From Felis catus (Eukaryota), in assembly GCF_018350175.1 (NCBI RefSeq), contig NC_058368.1, positions 128,714,001 through 128,778,000 of the forward strand: a stretch of 64,000 nucleotides of DNA. Direction: 5' to 3'. The translations under genes and the position numbers were made by a program. Shown here in pieces: positions 63,776 to 64,000 of this stretch. The notes under the pieces are model-generated. The model saw nothing but the letters and a program-made list of their open reading frames with translations, was not told the origin of the DNA and ran no database searches. Each line of letters opens with the position of its first letter. The first letter of the stretch is position 1.

Positions 63776-64000
63776 AAGCCTTTCCTTTTTTTTTTTTAAA
63801 GTCTTTTCAGTGTAATCCTTCACAAACAATAGTAATGCACAATATACATAGAAAAATACATGAATTCAAACATTGAAAGCTTTTTACAACTGAATTTGTT
63901 TCTTTTCCCATTGTCAAGGCTCTTTTATAAAAGATAATTTGCTCTAACTGAATACCCTGCTGCCTGTAGAAATGAGTGAGATTGTCAGAGAGTAGTCATT

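Larger units (their letters stand above)
30539..64000 (+). other. NDUFAF2: NDUFAF2 intron 3 (continues beyond the window)
   Basis: I found no sequence encoding the expected final exon (EILKNEK...) before the window end. Confidence 0.75.

Noticed and set aside
1..64000. CRISPR arrays, operons or defence systems
   Set aside because: This is mammalian intronic DNA; the direct repeats are TSDs and microsatellites.

Overview
Mammalian genomic DNA, almost certainly felid: it carries about 45 tRNA-derived CanSINEs, including young SINEC_Fc-type copies with intact target-site duplications (TSDs). The window lies inside NDUFAF2 (mimitin/B17.2L, a mitochondrial complex I assembly factor) on the + strand. 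It holds two short coding exons that the ORF track misses: 5688-5777 (90 nt) and 30498-30538 (41 nt). The first and last exons fall outside the window. The rest is intron, packed with SINEs, L1, L2, MIR, MaLR/ERVL LTRs, hAT DNA-transposon fossils and microsatellites. None of the listed ORFs looks like a real gene. I see no new multi-gene biological system. The best leads are: a ~200-nt retroposed mRNA 3'-end fragment inside an old L1; two candidate unannotated NDUFAF2 exons in intron 3; a repeat-free, motif-dense candidate enhancer at ~60.4-61.0 kb; inverted SINE pairs around the exons; and small templated-insertion scars. Repeat subfamily names come from recalled consensus sequences and need Dfam/RepeatMasker confirmation. 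Boundaries of old repeats are approximate.
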